The notes: a model not told the origin generated them from the letters alone. Shown: positions 53,466 through 63,942, counted from the first letter of the stretch. The stretch is 64,000 nt of DNA from an uncultured Actinomycetes bacterium (GCA_963704725.1 OY969934.1:2592001-2656000); one strand, 5' to 3'. A program made the numbers and translations.

Positions 53466-54161
53466 GTGTCCGGGACCAAGCGGCGGCGGGACCCGAGCGG
53501 TCGTCCGCCGGCTCGAACGGCCCCGCCCGCGCGGCCGCCCGATCGCGAGCGGCGATCGCTCGCGTACCGAACCGCCACGATCGTGGTGGTGGCCGTCCTC
53601 GGCTGGTTCCTCTTCCTGCGGGCGGCCGGGCCGGGCCCGATCTCCGCCGCCGCGCTCGACGCCGCGGAGGCCGCCGGCTGCGACGACCTGGAGCGCCCGG
53701 TGCTCGCCGACCCGAGCCGATCGCACCTCGACCCCGGAAGCGGCTTCGACTACCCGGACCGGCCGCCCGCGGCCGGCCCCCACGATCCCGATCCGCTGCC
53801 CCCGGATCCCCACGTCCACCCCGAGCCCGTCTCCGAGACCCGCGCCGTGCACAACCTCGAACACGCCTACGTGCTCATCTGGTATCGCCCCACCGCGGAC
53901 GGCGGACCCTCCGGCGACGCCGTCGACGCGCTCGAGACCGTGGCGCGGGCCGAGGACCGCGTGATCATGGCGCCCTACCCGGACCTGCCCGAAGGCCGTG
54001 CGCTCGCGCTCGTCGCCTGGAACACGCGGTGGCTCTGCCCTGCAGCGATCACGACCCAGCAGGCGACGACGATGGCGCGGTCGTTCATCCAGGCCTACGC
54101 CGGAACGACGAACGCGCCCGAAGCGCCTCGAGGGTTGATCGGCCGGCTGCTCTCCGGTTAG
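53466..54161 (+). CDS. DUF3105 domain membrane-anchored protein
   Basis: TM; PPAAGPH, VHNLEHA, APE. Confidence 0.8.
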   Translation: MSGTKRRRDPSGRPPARTAPPARPPDRERRSLAYRTATIVVVAVLGWFLFLRAAGPGPISAAALDAAEAAGCDDLERPVLADPSRSHLDPGSGFDYPDRPPAAGPHDPDPLPPDPHVHPEPVSETRAVHNLEHAYVLIWYRPTADGGPSGDAVDALETVARAEDRVIMAPYPDLPEGRALALVAWNTRWLCPAAITTQQATTMARSFIQAYAGTTNAPEAPRGLIGRLLSG

Positions 54162-55693
54162 CCCGTCCTGCAGGAGCTCGAGGTGCACGTGATCGTGCCG
54201 TGCTCGAACCTCGCGCGCTCGTTGCCGTTCGGCAGCCGTCGGACGTCCGAGGTGGGGAACCCCAACCGGCCGCCCGGTCCGCCCTTGCGGAGGTAGAAGG
54301 CGAGCACGGGATCGCTCAGCTCGTGGGCGCCCACGCCCTCCCGGAAGTAGATCGTGGCCCGCTCGAACGTCTGGCGCACCCCGCCGGCCACCGCCACCTG
54401 CCGGGACGTGGCGAGTCCGGCCGAGCACCCCTCCGCGTCGTACTTGGCTCGGATCTGGCCCGTGATCTGCCGGTTCCGGTCGATCCACACGCGGTCGTCG
54501 CGGAGCTCGAGGGCGGAGCGCAGAGTCGCGCCGCTGATCGAGGCGGTGCCGTTCTGGCCCCTGACCGTGACGGAGATGATCCGTCCGGACACGCCGCGCT
54601 GGGCGTCGACGAACCCCGTGACGGTGCCGATCCCCAGGGAGAGCGCTTGCGTCGCGTCCTGGGCCGGGACCGTCACCTCCCACGTGGCGCTTGGGTTGTC
54701 CAGCGTGTAGTCGCCGGGATCGCACACGCCACGCAGGTATCCGATGGGCTCTCCGCCCCACACGTTCTCGTTGTCCTCGGTGAACCCACCCGACGAGGAC
54801 ATGTAGAACGCCTGGATCGGGTCGCCGCCGTCCGCCACGACCTCGTTCGCCGTGCCGTCCACCGCGGCCACCCATCGGTCGCCGTCCGTGCCACTCTCCT
54901 TGTCCCAGCCCGCGTACACCTGGTCGAACGAGCTCGCGTAGAGCGCGCAGTCGCAGACCGGGCGATGTTGCGATGCCGCGGCCTTCGTGTACGCGTACGT
55001 CCGGGCCGCGATGGCCTGCGCCGCCAGCGCAGGCGTGGGCCAGGAGCTCGGCACCTCACCCAGCCCGTACAGGTACTCCTCCGGGCCGATCACCAGGACG
55101 AGCCGCATGGCGCACCCGTTCGTGCAGTTGTACAGGCCGAACTCGATCCAGCCTCGCGCGTAAGCGTGGCCGGCCTCGGGGATCCGGACGTGCGCCCCCG
55201 GCTCGTAGACGGCGACGAGCGGCGTGTCGGGTCCGCCGACGGTCGCCACCGTGGCCCCGCCCCCGTCCACGATGCGGTACGCGTCCTGCGACACGCGGAC
55301 GCGCCACGTCTGGCCGGCGGGCACGCTCGCCACCAGGTCCCCCGTTCGATCCCCCAGGTGGAGCTCGACGGCGCCGAGCTGCGCCTCCACCCGGACCGCC
55401 GGCACGGACTGCACGAGCCCGATGCGGAACCGTTCGGCCAGGGGCGGCATCTGCGTGACGCGCGTGCCCGAGTAGTAGTGGGTGAGGATCCGCCGCGCGC
55501 TCCAGCCGTCCCGGGCCAGCCCGAACGCGCCCCACTGGGACATCCCGAGCCCGTGGCCGAACCCCGAGCCGTAGAAGCGGAACCCCGGGATCCGGGCCTG
55601 GCGGGTTCGATCGTCGGACGCGCTCCGCGCCAGCGCGGCGGGCGCGGGAAGGACGACGGCGAGGAGGAGGAGGGCGACGAGGACTCTGCGCAT
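54158..55693 (-). CDS. SpoIID/LytB domain secreted protein with LGFP-like repeats
   Basis: GFGHGLGMSQWGA, EVPSSWP..LAAQAIAARTY, LGFPTSD. Confidence 0.9.
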   Translation of the reverse strand: MRRVLVALLLLAVVLPAPAALARSASDDRTRQARIPGFRFYGSGFGHGLGMSQWGAFGLARDGWSARRILTHYYSGTRVTQMPPLAERFRIGLVQSVPAVRVEAQLGAVELHLGDRTGDLVASVPAGQTWRVRVSQDAYRIVDGGGATVATVGGPDTPLVAVYEPGAHVRIPEAGHAYARGWIEFGLYNCTNGCAMRLVLVIGPEEYLYGLGEVPSSWPTPALAAQAIAARTYAYTKAAASQHRPVCDCALYASSFDQVYAGWDKESGTDGDRWVAAVDGTANEVVADGGDPIQAFYMSSSGGFTEDNENVWGGEPIGYLRGVCDPGDYTLDNPSATWEVTVPAQDATQALSLGIGTVTGFVDAQRGVSGRIISVTVRGQNGTASISGATLRSALELRDDRVWIDRNRQITGQIRAKYDAEGCSAGLATSRQVAVAGGVRQTFERATIYFREGVGAHELSDPVLAFYLRKGGPGGRLGFPTSDVRRLPNGNERARFEHGTITCTSSSCRTG

Positions 55694-55753
55694 GGTCGGG
55701 CCTTTCTGCGCGCGGTCGGGTTGTGAGGGTTCCCGAAGGAGCGAACGCGAATC

Positions 55754-56809
55754 CTACCCCACGGGTTGCCCCGGCCCGGGCATCCCGCCCGGATCCGCCT
55801 CGCGACCGGCCGAGACGCCGGTGTCCGCGAGCCTGGCGCCGGCCGGGACCGACGCCCCCTCGGCGAGCACGGACCCCTCGACCAGCGCCCGGGCCCCCAC
55901 GCGGGCGCGAGGACCCACGATCGAGCCCACGACGGTCGCCCCCGGCTCGACGACCGCCCCGGAGTGCACCACCGAGTCCTCGATCGTGGCCTCCGCACCC
56001 ACATCCGCCCCGGGGCCGATCACCACCCACCGCCCGAGATGCGCGCGGAGGTCGACGCGAGCGCCCTCGGCCACGTAGGGGGCGGGGTACCGGGTCTCGA
56101 ACCCCACCCGGCCCTCGAGGATGTCGAAGTTCGCCTGGAGGTACTTCTCGGGCGTGCCGAGGTCCAGCCAGTAGGCCTCGGACACGAACCCGTAGAGCCG
56201 CTCACCGGCGGCCACGAGCGCCGGGAAGATGTCGCGCTCGATCGAGAGGGTCCCGCCCGGCGACCACGACGACAGGCACGAGGGTTCGAGCACGTACGTG
56301 CCGGCGTTCACGTCCCCGGGGACGGCCTCGGCCGGCTTCTCGCGGAACTCGATCACTCGCCCGTCGGGTTCGATGGGCACGAGCCCGAACGGGCGGGCGT
56401 CCTCGACGTGCGTCAGGGCGATCGTGGCCGCCGCGCCCCGGTCGCGGTGCAGCGCCACCATCGCGGTGAGGTCGAGGTCCGTGAGGATGTCGCCGTTCAG
56501 CGCGAGGAAGGCCTCGTCCCCGTCGATCGCCGAGAGCGCATTCACGATCGCGCCCCCCGTCCCCAGCGGCTCGGACTCGGTGATCCAGGTGATCGCCGGG
56601 TCGCCCCGGCGGGCCTCGACGAAGGCGCGGAAGGTCTCCTCGAGGTACGAGCTCGAGAGCACCACCTCGTGCACGCCGTGACGCGCGAGGTGGTCCAGGA
56701 CGTGGTCCAGGCTGGCGCGGTCCATGAGGGGCACGAGCGGCTTGGGGATCGTCTCGGTGAGCGGACGGAGCCGCGTGCCCTCCCCGCCGACGAGCACGAC
56801 CGCCTTCAT
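55754..56809 (-). CDS. Mannose-1-phosphate guanylyltransferase-like NDP-sugar synthase
   Basis: GGEGTRLRPLT..PKPL, WLDLGTP, hexapeptide repeats. Confidence 0.9.
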   Translation of the reverse strand: MKAVVLVGGEGTRLRPLTETIPKPLVPLMDRASLDHVLDHLARHGVHEVVLSSSYLEETFRAFVEARRGDPAITWITESEPLGTGGAIVNALSAIDGDEAFLALNGDILTDLDLTAMVALHRDRGAAATIALTHVEDARPFGLVPIEPDGRVIEFREKPAEAVPGDVNAGTYVLEPSCLSSWSPGGTLSIERDIFPALVAAGERLYGFVSEAYWLDLGTPEKYLQANFDILEGRVGFETRYPAPYVAEGARVDLRAHLGRWVVIGPGADVGAEATIEDSVVHSGAVVEPGATVVGSIVGPRARVGARALVEGSVLAEGASVPAGARLADTGVSAGREADPGGMPGPGQPVG

Positions 56810-57669
56810 CGGGCCGCCAGTCGATCCTTCAGCGCGACGAGCTCCGCCCTGGCCCGAAGCGCGAGCCACGCGGCCGGAAGCGTGGCGCGCCGCCAGCCGG
56901 CCGACCGGTGCTTGCGGTAGTACCGATAGACGCTCATCGAGTGCATCACGTGCATCCGGCGCGAGCGGCCGGTCGAGACGGCGCCCTCGTGGACGATCTC
57001 GAGCTCGGGCGTGTAGCGAACCGTCCACCCCGCGTCGCGGAGCCGGGTGCACAGGTCGAGCTCCTCCGCGTAGAGCCAGAACGCCTCGTCGAACCGCCCC
57101 ACCTCCTCGAACGCGGTGCGGCGCAACAGGAGACAGGCGCCGCTCACCCAGTCGACGGCCCGCTCGCTCGACCGGTCCCACTCGGACTGGCGGTAGGCGC
57201 GGGTGAAGCGGTTGCCGGGGACGAACGGGCCGAGGAACGCGTGGCCCAGGGCTCGTCCCACGCCCGGGAAGACGCGTCCGCTCTCGTAGATCGACCCGTC
57301 GGCGTTGCGGACGAGCGGCCCGAGCAGCGCCGCGTCGGGATGGGCCTCGCCGACCTTCACGAACGCCGCCAGATCGCCCGCCCAGATCTCGGCGTCGGGG
57401 TTCAGGAACAGGATCCACGGCGAGTCGGTCTCGGCCGCGCCCTGGTTCCACGCCGCGGACAGGCCCCGGTTCGACGGGTTCTCGATCAGCCGCATCGCCG
57501 GCAGGGCGTCCTTCGCGGCGCGCGCGCTCCCATCCCGTGACGCGTTGTCGACGACGAGGACGTCGAGCGCGAGCCCGCCGTCGTTCGCGAACACCGACTC
57601 GACGCATCGCGTGAGGTATCCGCCCGCGTTGTAGTTGACGATCACGACGGCCAGGTCGGCGGTGGACAT
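56806..57669 (-). CDS. Glycosyltransferase family 2 (WbbL-like)
   Basis: VIVNYN, VDNASRDGS, LNPD, DWVSGAC, YAEELDLC. Confidence 0.9.
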   Translation of the reverse strand: MSTADLAVVIVNYNAGGYLTRCVESVFANDGGLALDVLVVDNASRDGSARAAKDALPAMRLIENPSNRGLSAAWNQGAAETDSPWILFLNPDAEIWAGDLAAFVKVGEAHPDAALLGPLVRNADGSIYESGRVFPGVGRALGHAFLGPFVPGNRFTRAYRQSEWDRSSERAVDWVSGACLLLRRTAFEEVGRFDEAFWLYAEELDLCTRLRDAGWTVRYTPELEIVHEGAVSTGRSRRMHVMHSMSVYRYYRKHRSAGWRRATLPAAWLALRARAELVALKDRLAAR

Positions 57670-58046
57670 CACGTGTGCGGCGTGCGCGAGACCAGGAAGA
57701 TCCCGACGGCGATGAACGCGACGCCCGCCCACCGGAGCGGCGGGACCTCCTCCTCGAGCGCGAAACGGTCGAACACGAGGATCAGGACGTAGGTCAGCGC
57801 GGCGAACGGATACGCGAACGAGAGCGAGGCGCGCGAGAGCACGACGAGCCACACGAGCGCGGAGAGCCCGAACAACGCCAGCCCCGTCCACACGAACGCC
57901 TCGCTCGAAACGGCCCGGAGCGAGGCGCCGTCGAACGAGAACGTCCCCGGCGAGAGCCGGTCGTTCACGCGGTTCATGCCGTGCTTCAGCGCGAGCTGCG
58001 CCACCGCCGCCACGGCGACGGACAGCAGGATCATCGCGATCAACAT
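57669..58046 (-). CDS. SMR/EamA-like small membrane protein (ArnE/F-like)
   Basis: AQLALKHG, LSRASLSFAYP, four TMs; RBS AAAGGA. Confidence 0.8.
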   Translation of the reverse strand: MLIAMILLSVAVAAVAQLALKHGMNRVNDRLSPGTFSFDGASLRAVSSEAFVWTGLALFGLSALVWLVVLSRASLSFAYPFAALTYVLILVFDRFALEEEVPPLRWAGVAFIAVGIFLVSRTPHT

Positions 58047-58120
58047 CGTCAGGTGTCCTTTCGTGGCGTTCGGCGCGTCGACGTCGCCCGCGGCGCCGGA
58101 TGCGCGGATCTCGCGCGCGC

Positions 58121-59302
58121 TCACAGCTCCTCGGTCTCCACCGCAACCGGCACGTCGAGGCGTTCCTGCACCTGCGGGGCGTCGACCACCTCGAACAGGT
58201 ACCGCTGGGTCTGCACGTGATAGAGGTGTCCCGTCGCCGTCGAGCTCAGGCCCACCGTCACCCAGTACTTCCCCGCCTCATACGGGAAGTGGTCGATGCG
58301 GAACCGGACCCGCCGCTTCCCGTCGACGTTGCCGAGATCGATCCCGGCGCGCGACGTCCGGGCGTCGAGCACCGGGTGGTTCGTCGCCCCGTCGAGGACC
58401 GCGACGTCCACGTCGAGATCGTCGACCGGCGCGTTCGTCCGCACGTCGACCTGGATCGTCACCGGGTCGTCGCGGAGCAGGGGCCCGGCCCCCGCCTCGT
58501 TCGCCCGGATGATCTGGACCTCGACGATCTCGGCCTCGCGCGTGCCCTCCTCCGGGACGAACCCGGGATCCGTGACGCCCAGCAGGACGTATCGCATCTC
58601 GCGGACGACGTCGTCCGGCGGCCCAAGCGCGTGCAGGAGCCCGTGATGGAGCATCGCCGCGCGGTCACAGATCTCGCGGACGGTGTCGAGCGCGTGGGTG
58701 ACGAGCACGATCGTGCGGCCCTCGCGCTGGAACTCCCGGACGCGGTCGATGCACTTGGCCTGGAAGGCCTCGTCGCCCACGGCCAGGACCTCGTCGACGA
58801 GCAGGACCTCCGGGTCGACGTGCACCGCGACGGCGAACCCCAGCCGCACGAGCATGCCGGAGGAGAAGAACTTCACCTGGTTGTCCATGAAGTCCTCGAG
58901 CTCCGCGAAGGCCACGATGCCGTCGTACACGCGATCCGTCTCCTTGCGGGAGAGCCCGAGGAACGACGCGTTCAGGTAGACGTTCTCGCGCCCGGTGAGC
59001 TCGGGGTGGAAGCCGGCGCCGAGCTCGAGCAGCGCGGCCAGGCGTCCGCGCTGGCGGACGACGCCCTCGGTCGGTCGCAGGATCCCCGCGATGCACTTGA
59101 GCAGCGTGGTCTTGCCCGAGCCGTTGTGCCCGATCAGGCCGAACGTCGATCCCTCCCGCACGTCGAGCGAGACGTCGCGAAGGGCCCAGAAGTCCTCGGA
59201 GCGCGAGTGCGCGGTGACCAGTCGCTGCTTCACCGAGGTCGGCTTCTCGCGGAACACGCGGAAGCGCTTCGAGATGCCGTCGACCTCGATCGCGGCCGGC
59301 AC
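58121..59302 (-). CDS. wzt: Polysaccharide ABC exporter ATP-binding protein with C-terminal carbohydrate-binding domain
   Basis: GHNGSGKTT, GFHPELTGREN, FSSGMLVRLGF, DEVLAVGD. Confidence 0.9.
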   Translation of the reverse strand: MPAAIEVDGISKRFRVFREKPTSVKQRLVTAHSRSEDFWALRDVSLDVREGSTFGLIGHNGSGKTTLLKCIAGILRPTEGVVRQRGRLAALLELGAGFHPELTGRENVYLNASFLGLSRKETDRVYDGIVAFAELEDFMDNQVKFFSSGMLVRLGFAVAVHVDPEVLLVDEVLAVGDEAFQAKCIDRVREFQREGRTIVLVTHALDTVREICDRAAMLHHGLLHALGPPDDVVREMRYVLLGVTDPGFVPEEGTREAEIVEVQIIRANEAGAGPLLRDDPVTIQVDVRTNAPVDDLDVDVAVLDGATNHPVLDARTSRAGIDLGNVDGKRRVRFRIDHFPYEAGKYWVTVGLSSTATGHLYHVQTQRYLFEVVDAPQVQERLDVPVAVETEEL

Positions 59303-60195
59303 TACAGCTCCTCCGCGAAGTCGCCGGACCGCGAGAAGAAGTACCGCCACGTGAGCCACAGCATGCCGAGCGACAGGACGAGCACGGCGCCGAGCACCAG
59401 CGCCAGCCACGGCAGGCTCACCTCGAACAGGACGGGGTCCGGCGCCGCGGCCGGGTGGACGACGGCGTAGAGAGCGCGGTGCATCCCCCCGAAGATCGAG
59501 GTCAGCGGGTTCGCGAAGTAGAGCGGCCACAGGATGCCGTGCGGCAGCAGCTTGTCCTGCACGAGCCACTCCGGGTACACGATCGGGGACGCCCAGAACC
59601 ACACCAGGACCGCGATGTTGAGCAGGTGCCCGACGTCGCGGTAGCGGACGTTGAGCGCCGCGACCCAGAACGTCACCGCCGTCGTGAATGCGAGCAGCGT
59701 GGCGAACGCCAGCGGCAGCAGCGCGAGCTCGGGCACGTGGAGGCCGTACCCGGTCGCCACGATGAACAGCGCGAGCACGGCGACCTGCAGCACGTAGTCG
59801 ACGAGCGCGACGCCGATCGCCGACAGCGGCAGGATCTCCCGGGGGAACGCCACCTTCTTCACGAGGTTCGAGTTGTCCAGGACCGATCGGGCGCCGCTCA
59901 GCATCGACGCGCTGAACAGGTTCCAGGCCAGGAGCGCCGAGAGCAGGTACACGGGGAACTGGGGCACGTTGTTCCCGAGGATCACCACGACGAAGGTGAA
60001 GACGATCAGGAACACCACGGGGTTCAGCAGCGACCAGATGGCCCCGAGCACGGAGGCCGCGTACTTCACCTTGAGCTCCTTGCGGATCAGGTTGATCAGG
60101 ATCTCGCGGTGCGCGGCGAGGTCGCGAAGGCGCTCGCCGACCCGAAAGCGCGGCGATTCGGAGGTTCGTTCGACGGTCTGGACGGTGACTGCCAT
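59302..60195 (-). CDS. wzm: Polysaccharide ABC exporter permease
   Basis: KELKVKYAASVLGAIWSLLNP, LVKKVAFPRE, RYRDVG, SPIVYP. Confidence 0.9.
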   Translation of the reverse strand: MAVTVQTVERTSESPRFRVGERLRDLAAHREILINLIRKELKVKYAASVLGAIWSLLNPVVFLIVFTFVVVILGNNVPQFPVYLLSALLAWNLFSASMLSGARSVLDNSNLVKKVAFPREILPLSAIGVALVDYVLQVAVLALFIVATGYGLHVPELALLPLAFATLLAFTTAVTFWVAALNVRYRDVGHLLNIAVLVWFWASPIVYPEWLVQDKLLPHGILWPLYFANPLTSIFGGMHRALYAVVHPAAAPDPVLFEVSLPWLALVLGAVLVLSLGMLWLTWRYFFSRSGDFAEEL

Positions 60196-60258
60196 GGGCA
60201 CGCGCCGGCGGCCGCACGGCCCGGCCGGACTCCGGCCGAGTCTAGCAATCGCCGCTGG

Positions 60259-61551
60259 TCACCCCCGGGATGCGGGTGTGGCGAAATCGTCGAGGGCGCG
60301 GGCGTACGACAGGCCGTAACCCTGCGCGAGCGTCTCCTCGGTCACGCCGAGATCGACGAGCGCGCCGCCCCAGCGGGCCAGGACGCGCCGCGTGGGGTCG
60401 GCCAGCAGCGCCAGCGTCCGCTCGATCGCCTCCGCGTACCCGCGAGCCGTGGCCTCCGTCCTCACCAGCGCGGCCATGTGCTCCCGCGCCGCCGCGCCGA
60501 TCCGCTCGCGCCGCTCGTCGTCCTCGAGCAGACCGCGCAGCATCGTCGCCAGCTCGGCCGGCTCGAGCCGGCCCCGCGGGACGTGAACGACCAGCTCGTC
60601 CGGCAGATCGAGATACGTCCCCGTGGCGCTGACCACCGTCGGCCGCCCGCACTGCATCGAGCGCGCCAGCGAGCCGCTCACCTCGCCCCGATGCGGGAAG
60701 CGGAGGTCGACCGCGACGTCGGCGGCGCACGTCCACGCCAGGAAGTCGTCGTCGCTCACATCCGTGCGGACGTGGACGCGCGAGCCGAGCCCGCTCGCGC
60801 GGACCACGGCGTCGAGATCGTAGGCCTCGATCCGACGCCCCACGAGCGCGACATGGACGTCGGGGGGAAGGGTCGCCGCGGCGGCGAGCACGATGTCGAC
60901 GAGCTTCGCGGCGTTCTGATCGCCGAAGACGCCGACCAGCGAACGCATCCCCATCACCTCGAGCGGCGCCCGGACGACGCGGCGCCGGGCGAGCGCCTTG
61001 CCGACGGCCTGATCGGTCTCGACCGCCGGATGCGGGACGACGAACACCGGCGTCCGGCACCCGAACCCGCGCAGGTAGCGCTCGACGAACGGCGCGTGGA
61101 CGACGATCCCCCGGGCCCGCCGGACGACGTGCGCGACCAGCGGGACCCGCAGGGGCTCGTTCACGACCGCGTCGCTCAGATCCACGAGCCCGGACGCGTT
61201 CGCCAGGCCCTCGCGGACGGCCTGGTGGCCGAGCGGATCGCCGCCGGCGATCATCCCCCGGACGAAGTCGTCCAGCGCGAGATCGTGGATCACGACCAGC
61301 CCCGGCGTCTGGATGGCGTGCCGGTAGATCGCGCGGTGGAACTCGACGTTGTTGCCCAGGTGGTACACGCCCATCGTGTGCCACGGGATCGTGCCCTCGT
61401 GCTTCGGCTCGATCGGCCAGATCGGCCGGATCCGATGGGGACCTTGGGCGAACCCGATCCGCTCCAGGCCCTCGATCACGGCGCGCGAGTAGGTGGCGAC
61501 CCCGGACCGGGCGGGCGGCATGGGCGAGAGCCAGGCGATCCGGGGATCCAT
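60259..61551 (-). CDS. Glycosyltransferase family 4
   Basis: SPMPPARSGVATYS, YHLGNNVEFH, LRFPHRGEVSG. Confidence 0.85.
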   Translation of the reverse strand: MDPRIAWLSPMPPARSGVATYSRAVIEGLERIGFAQGPHRIRPIWPIEPKHEGTIPWHTMGVYHLGNNVEFHRAIYRHAIQTPGLVVIHDLALDDFVRGMIAGGDPLGHQAVREGLANASGLVDLSDAVVNEPLRVPLVAHVVRRARGIVVHAPFVERYLRGFGCRTPVFVVPHPAVETDQAVGKALARRRVVRAPLEVMGMRSLVGVFGDQNAAKLVDIVLAAAATLPPDVHVALVGRRIEAYDLDAVVRASGLGSRVHVRTDVSDDDFLAWTCAADVAVDLRFPHRGEVSGSLARSMQCGRPTVVSATGTYLDLPDELVVHVPRGRLEPAELATMLRGLLEDDERRERIGAAAREHMAALVRTEATARGYAEAIERTLALLADPTRRVLARWGGALVDLGVTEETLAQGYGLSYARALDDFATPASRG

Positions 61552-61669
61552 CCGGTAGTCCCACCGGAAGGCACGACGGGCGGCCCCCACGATCCGATTG
61601 CCCATGGTCAGTCGTGGGGAACTACCGCTCGCCTGCAGGCTCGCTTCTTCAGCCCCCCACACCCCTCTC

Positions 61670-62719
61670 TCAGTCGGTGAGCCGGGCGACGACCTCGGGC
61701 CAGCCGGGGACTCGTTCGCGGACGAGGGCGTGGCCCGCCTCCCCCATCGCCTTCGCCTTGGGCCGGTTCGAGTACAGGACGTCGAACGCGTGGGCGATGG
61801 CCTCGGGCTCGGGCGGCGTGATCAGGCCGGTCTCGCCGTCGGCGACGAACTCGAGCGGCCCGCCGGCGTCGGTGAGCGTGACCACGGGGCGCCGGGCGGC
61901 GAACCCCTCGATCGTCACGTACCCGTAGTCCTCGTCGTAGGGGCCGTAGTACACGCCGAGCGCGCCGAGGTAGAGCTCGTGCAGGCGCTCGTCGGGCACA
62001 CGGCCCGCCAGCTCGACCCGTCCCCCGAGCTTGTGTCGGGCGATCTGCTCGCGGATGGCCGGCTCATCGGGCCCGCCGCCGATGAGGACCAGCTTCACCG
62101 GCGTCTTCACGTGGCGCATGGCCTCCACGACGAGGGGCTGGCGCTTCAGGGCTTCGAGCCGGCTGGGGAACACCACCGCGTCGCCGTACGGTCCGGGCTC
62201 GCGGCAGAGCAGCGCCTCGGCGATGGGCGAGGGATGATAGAGGACCTCGCTCGAGAGCCGGATCGAGCCCCACAGGCGGTCCTGCACGTTGCGCGAGTTC
62301 GTGAAGATGCGCTTCGCTTCGCCGAGCGCGACGCGGTCGCTCTGCACCACCATGTCGCGCAGCGCCGGCCCCTCCTCCTGCTTGGACAGGTCCGCGAATT
62401 CCGGGTGGTCCCACAGCTCGTAGGCGCTGCGGTGCTGGTGGATCAGCCACACGACCTTGCGCTCGTGCGGGACGAGATACGCCGGGAACTTCAGCGCGAT
62501 GACCATGTCGATCTTCAGCCCGTTCGACTCGGCCAGGTCGAGCGAGCGCCACACCGCCATCTGGTGCAGGAGCTCGGTCGCCGGGTACCACTTGCCGGCC
62601 ACCACGACCTCCTCGGCCTCGTGGCCGGCGGCTCGCAACGCGCGGACGAGCGCCTCGGTGTGCGTCTCCGCGCCGCCCCGGACGAACGGCGTCTGGGCGT
62701 GTGCGACGGCGATCCTCAC
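61670..62719 (-). CDS. Glycosyltransferase family 4
   Basis: PFVRGGAE, WLIHQHR, PYDEDYGYVTIE, DAGGPLEFV. Confidence 0.9.
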   Translation of the reverse strand: MRIAVAHAQTPFVRGGAETHTEALVRALRAAGHEAEEVVVAGKWYPATELLHQMAVWRSLDLAESNGLKIDMVIALKFPAYLVPHERKVVWLIHQHRSAYELWDHPEFADLSKQEEGPALRDMVVQSDRVALGEAKRIFTNSRNVQDRLWGSIRLSSEVLYHPSPIAEALLCREPGPYGDAVVFPSRLEALKRQPLVVEAMRHVKTPVKLVLIGGGPDEPAIREQIARHKLGGRVELAGRVPDERLHELYLGALGVYYGPYDEDYGYVTIEGFAARRPVVTLTDAGGPLEFVADGETGLITPPEPEAIAHAFDVLYSNRPKAKAMGEAGHALVRERVPGWPEVVARLTD

Positions 62720-63069
62720 TCGCCGCGCTCCCGCTTCAGGCGAGCCACCTCGGCCTCCAGGACCGCGACCCGGTCGGCCAGGGCGGCGGTCAGCTCGCCG
62801 AGGTCGCCCAGCAGCCGGTCGTAGCGCCAGCTGATGGGGCGGAGCAGGCGGAACAGGCGGAACTTGAGCCGCCGGCGCCACCGGGTCCGGGAGGACAGGT
62901 TTGGCTCGCCGCGCGGCACGATCTGCTTCTCGTCGTCCCGCATGAGGACGGCGAAGTCGTGCAGCGCGTCGCGGACATCCCCCGTGTCCATCCTGGAGCG
63001 GGGCGTCGCCTCCTCGGCCCAATACATCTCGCGCGCGAGCGCCTCGCGCAGATCGTTCTCGCTGGTCAT
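62716..63069 (-). CDS. Small hypothetical protein with C-terminal coiled coil
   Basis: GTGA overlap with the GT4 start; RLKFRLFRLLRPISWRY...LADRVAVLEAEVARL. Confidence 0.7.
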   Translation of the reverse strand: MTSENDLREALAREMYWAEEATPRSRMDTGDVRDALHDFAVLMRDDEKQIVPRGEPNLSSRTRWRRRLKFRLFRLLRPISWRYDRLLGDLGELTAALADRVAVLEAEVARLKRERGE

Positions 63070-63177
63070 CGGCCCCCGCAGCGTAGCATCGGCCCTCGCC
63101 GCGACGGCCTCGTTCGAGAACACCCACCCTGGCTTCGCCGATCGGATGCGCGGCGGGATGCGGCTATCGTGGCCGGC

Positions 63178-63942
63178 GTGACCGAGGATCACGTGCTCGC
63201 GAACCGCGCCACCTGGGACGCCGACGCCCCGAACTGGGTCGAACGCGGGCGGGCCTCCTGGGCCGGCGAGCCCGCCTGGGGCATCTGGCAGGTGCCCGAG
63301 TCCGAGCTCGGGCTCCTGCCCGACGTGGACGGGCTCGACTGCGTCGAGCTGGGGTGCGGGACCGGCTACGTCTCGGCCTGGCTGGCGCGCCTGGGCGCCC
63401 GGCCCGTCGCGCTCGACAACTCCGGGCAGCAGCTGGCGACGGCGAGACGGCTCCAGGAGGAGTTCGACCTGCGGTTCCCCCTCGTGCACGCCAGCGCCGA
63501 GCGACCGCCCTTTCGAGACGAGCGCTTCGACCTCGCCGTGTCCGAGTACGGCGCGGCGATCTGGTGCGACCCGTACGTGTGGATCCCGGAGGCGGCACGG
63601 ATCCTGCGACCGGGCGGGCGTCTCGTGTTCCTGGGCAACTCCTACGTGGCGATGCTCACGTTCCCCGACGTGGGCCCCGCGACCGAGACCCTGCAGCGCG
63701 ACCACTTCGGGATGCACCGTTTCGAGTGGCCGGACGCGGAGGGCGCGGTGGACTTCCACATCACCCATGGGGCGATGATCCGGCTGCTCCGCTCGTCCGG
63801 GTTCGAGGTCGAGGACCTCGTCGAGATCCGGGCGCCGGAGGACGCCCTCGGGGCGAGCCCCCCGACCGATCCGCTGGCCACGGCGGACTGGAGCCGGCGA
63901 TGGCCGATCGAGGAGGCCTGGCTGGCGCGGAGGCGTGACTGA
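63178..63942 (+). CDS. Class I SAM-dependent methyltransferase
   Basis: VELGCGTG, FDLAVSEYGA, RILRPGG. Confidence 0.9.
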   Translation: MTEDHVLANRATWDADAPNWVERGRASWAGEPAWGIWQVPESELGLLPDVDGLDCVELGCGTGYVSAWLARLGARPVALDNSGQQLATARRLQEEFDLRFPLVHASAERPPFRDERFDLAVSEYGAAIWCDPYVWIPEAARILRPGGRLVFLGNSYVAMLTFPDVGPATETLQRDHFGMHRFEWPDAEGAVDFHITHGAMIRLLRSSGFEVEDLVEIRAPEDALGASPPTDPLATADWSRRWPIEEAWLARRRD

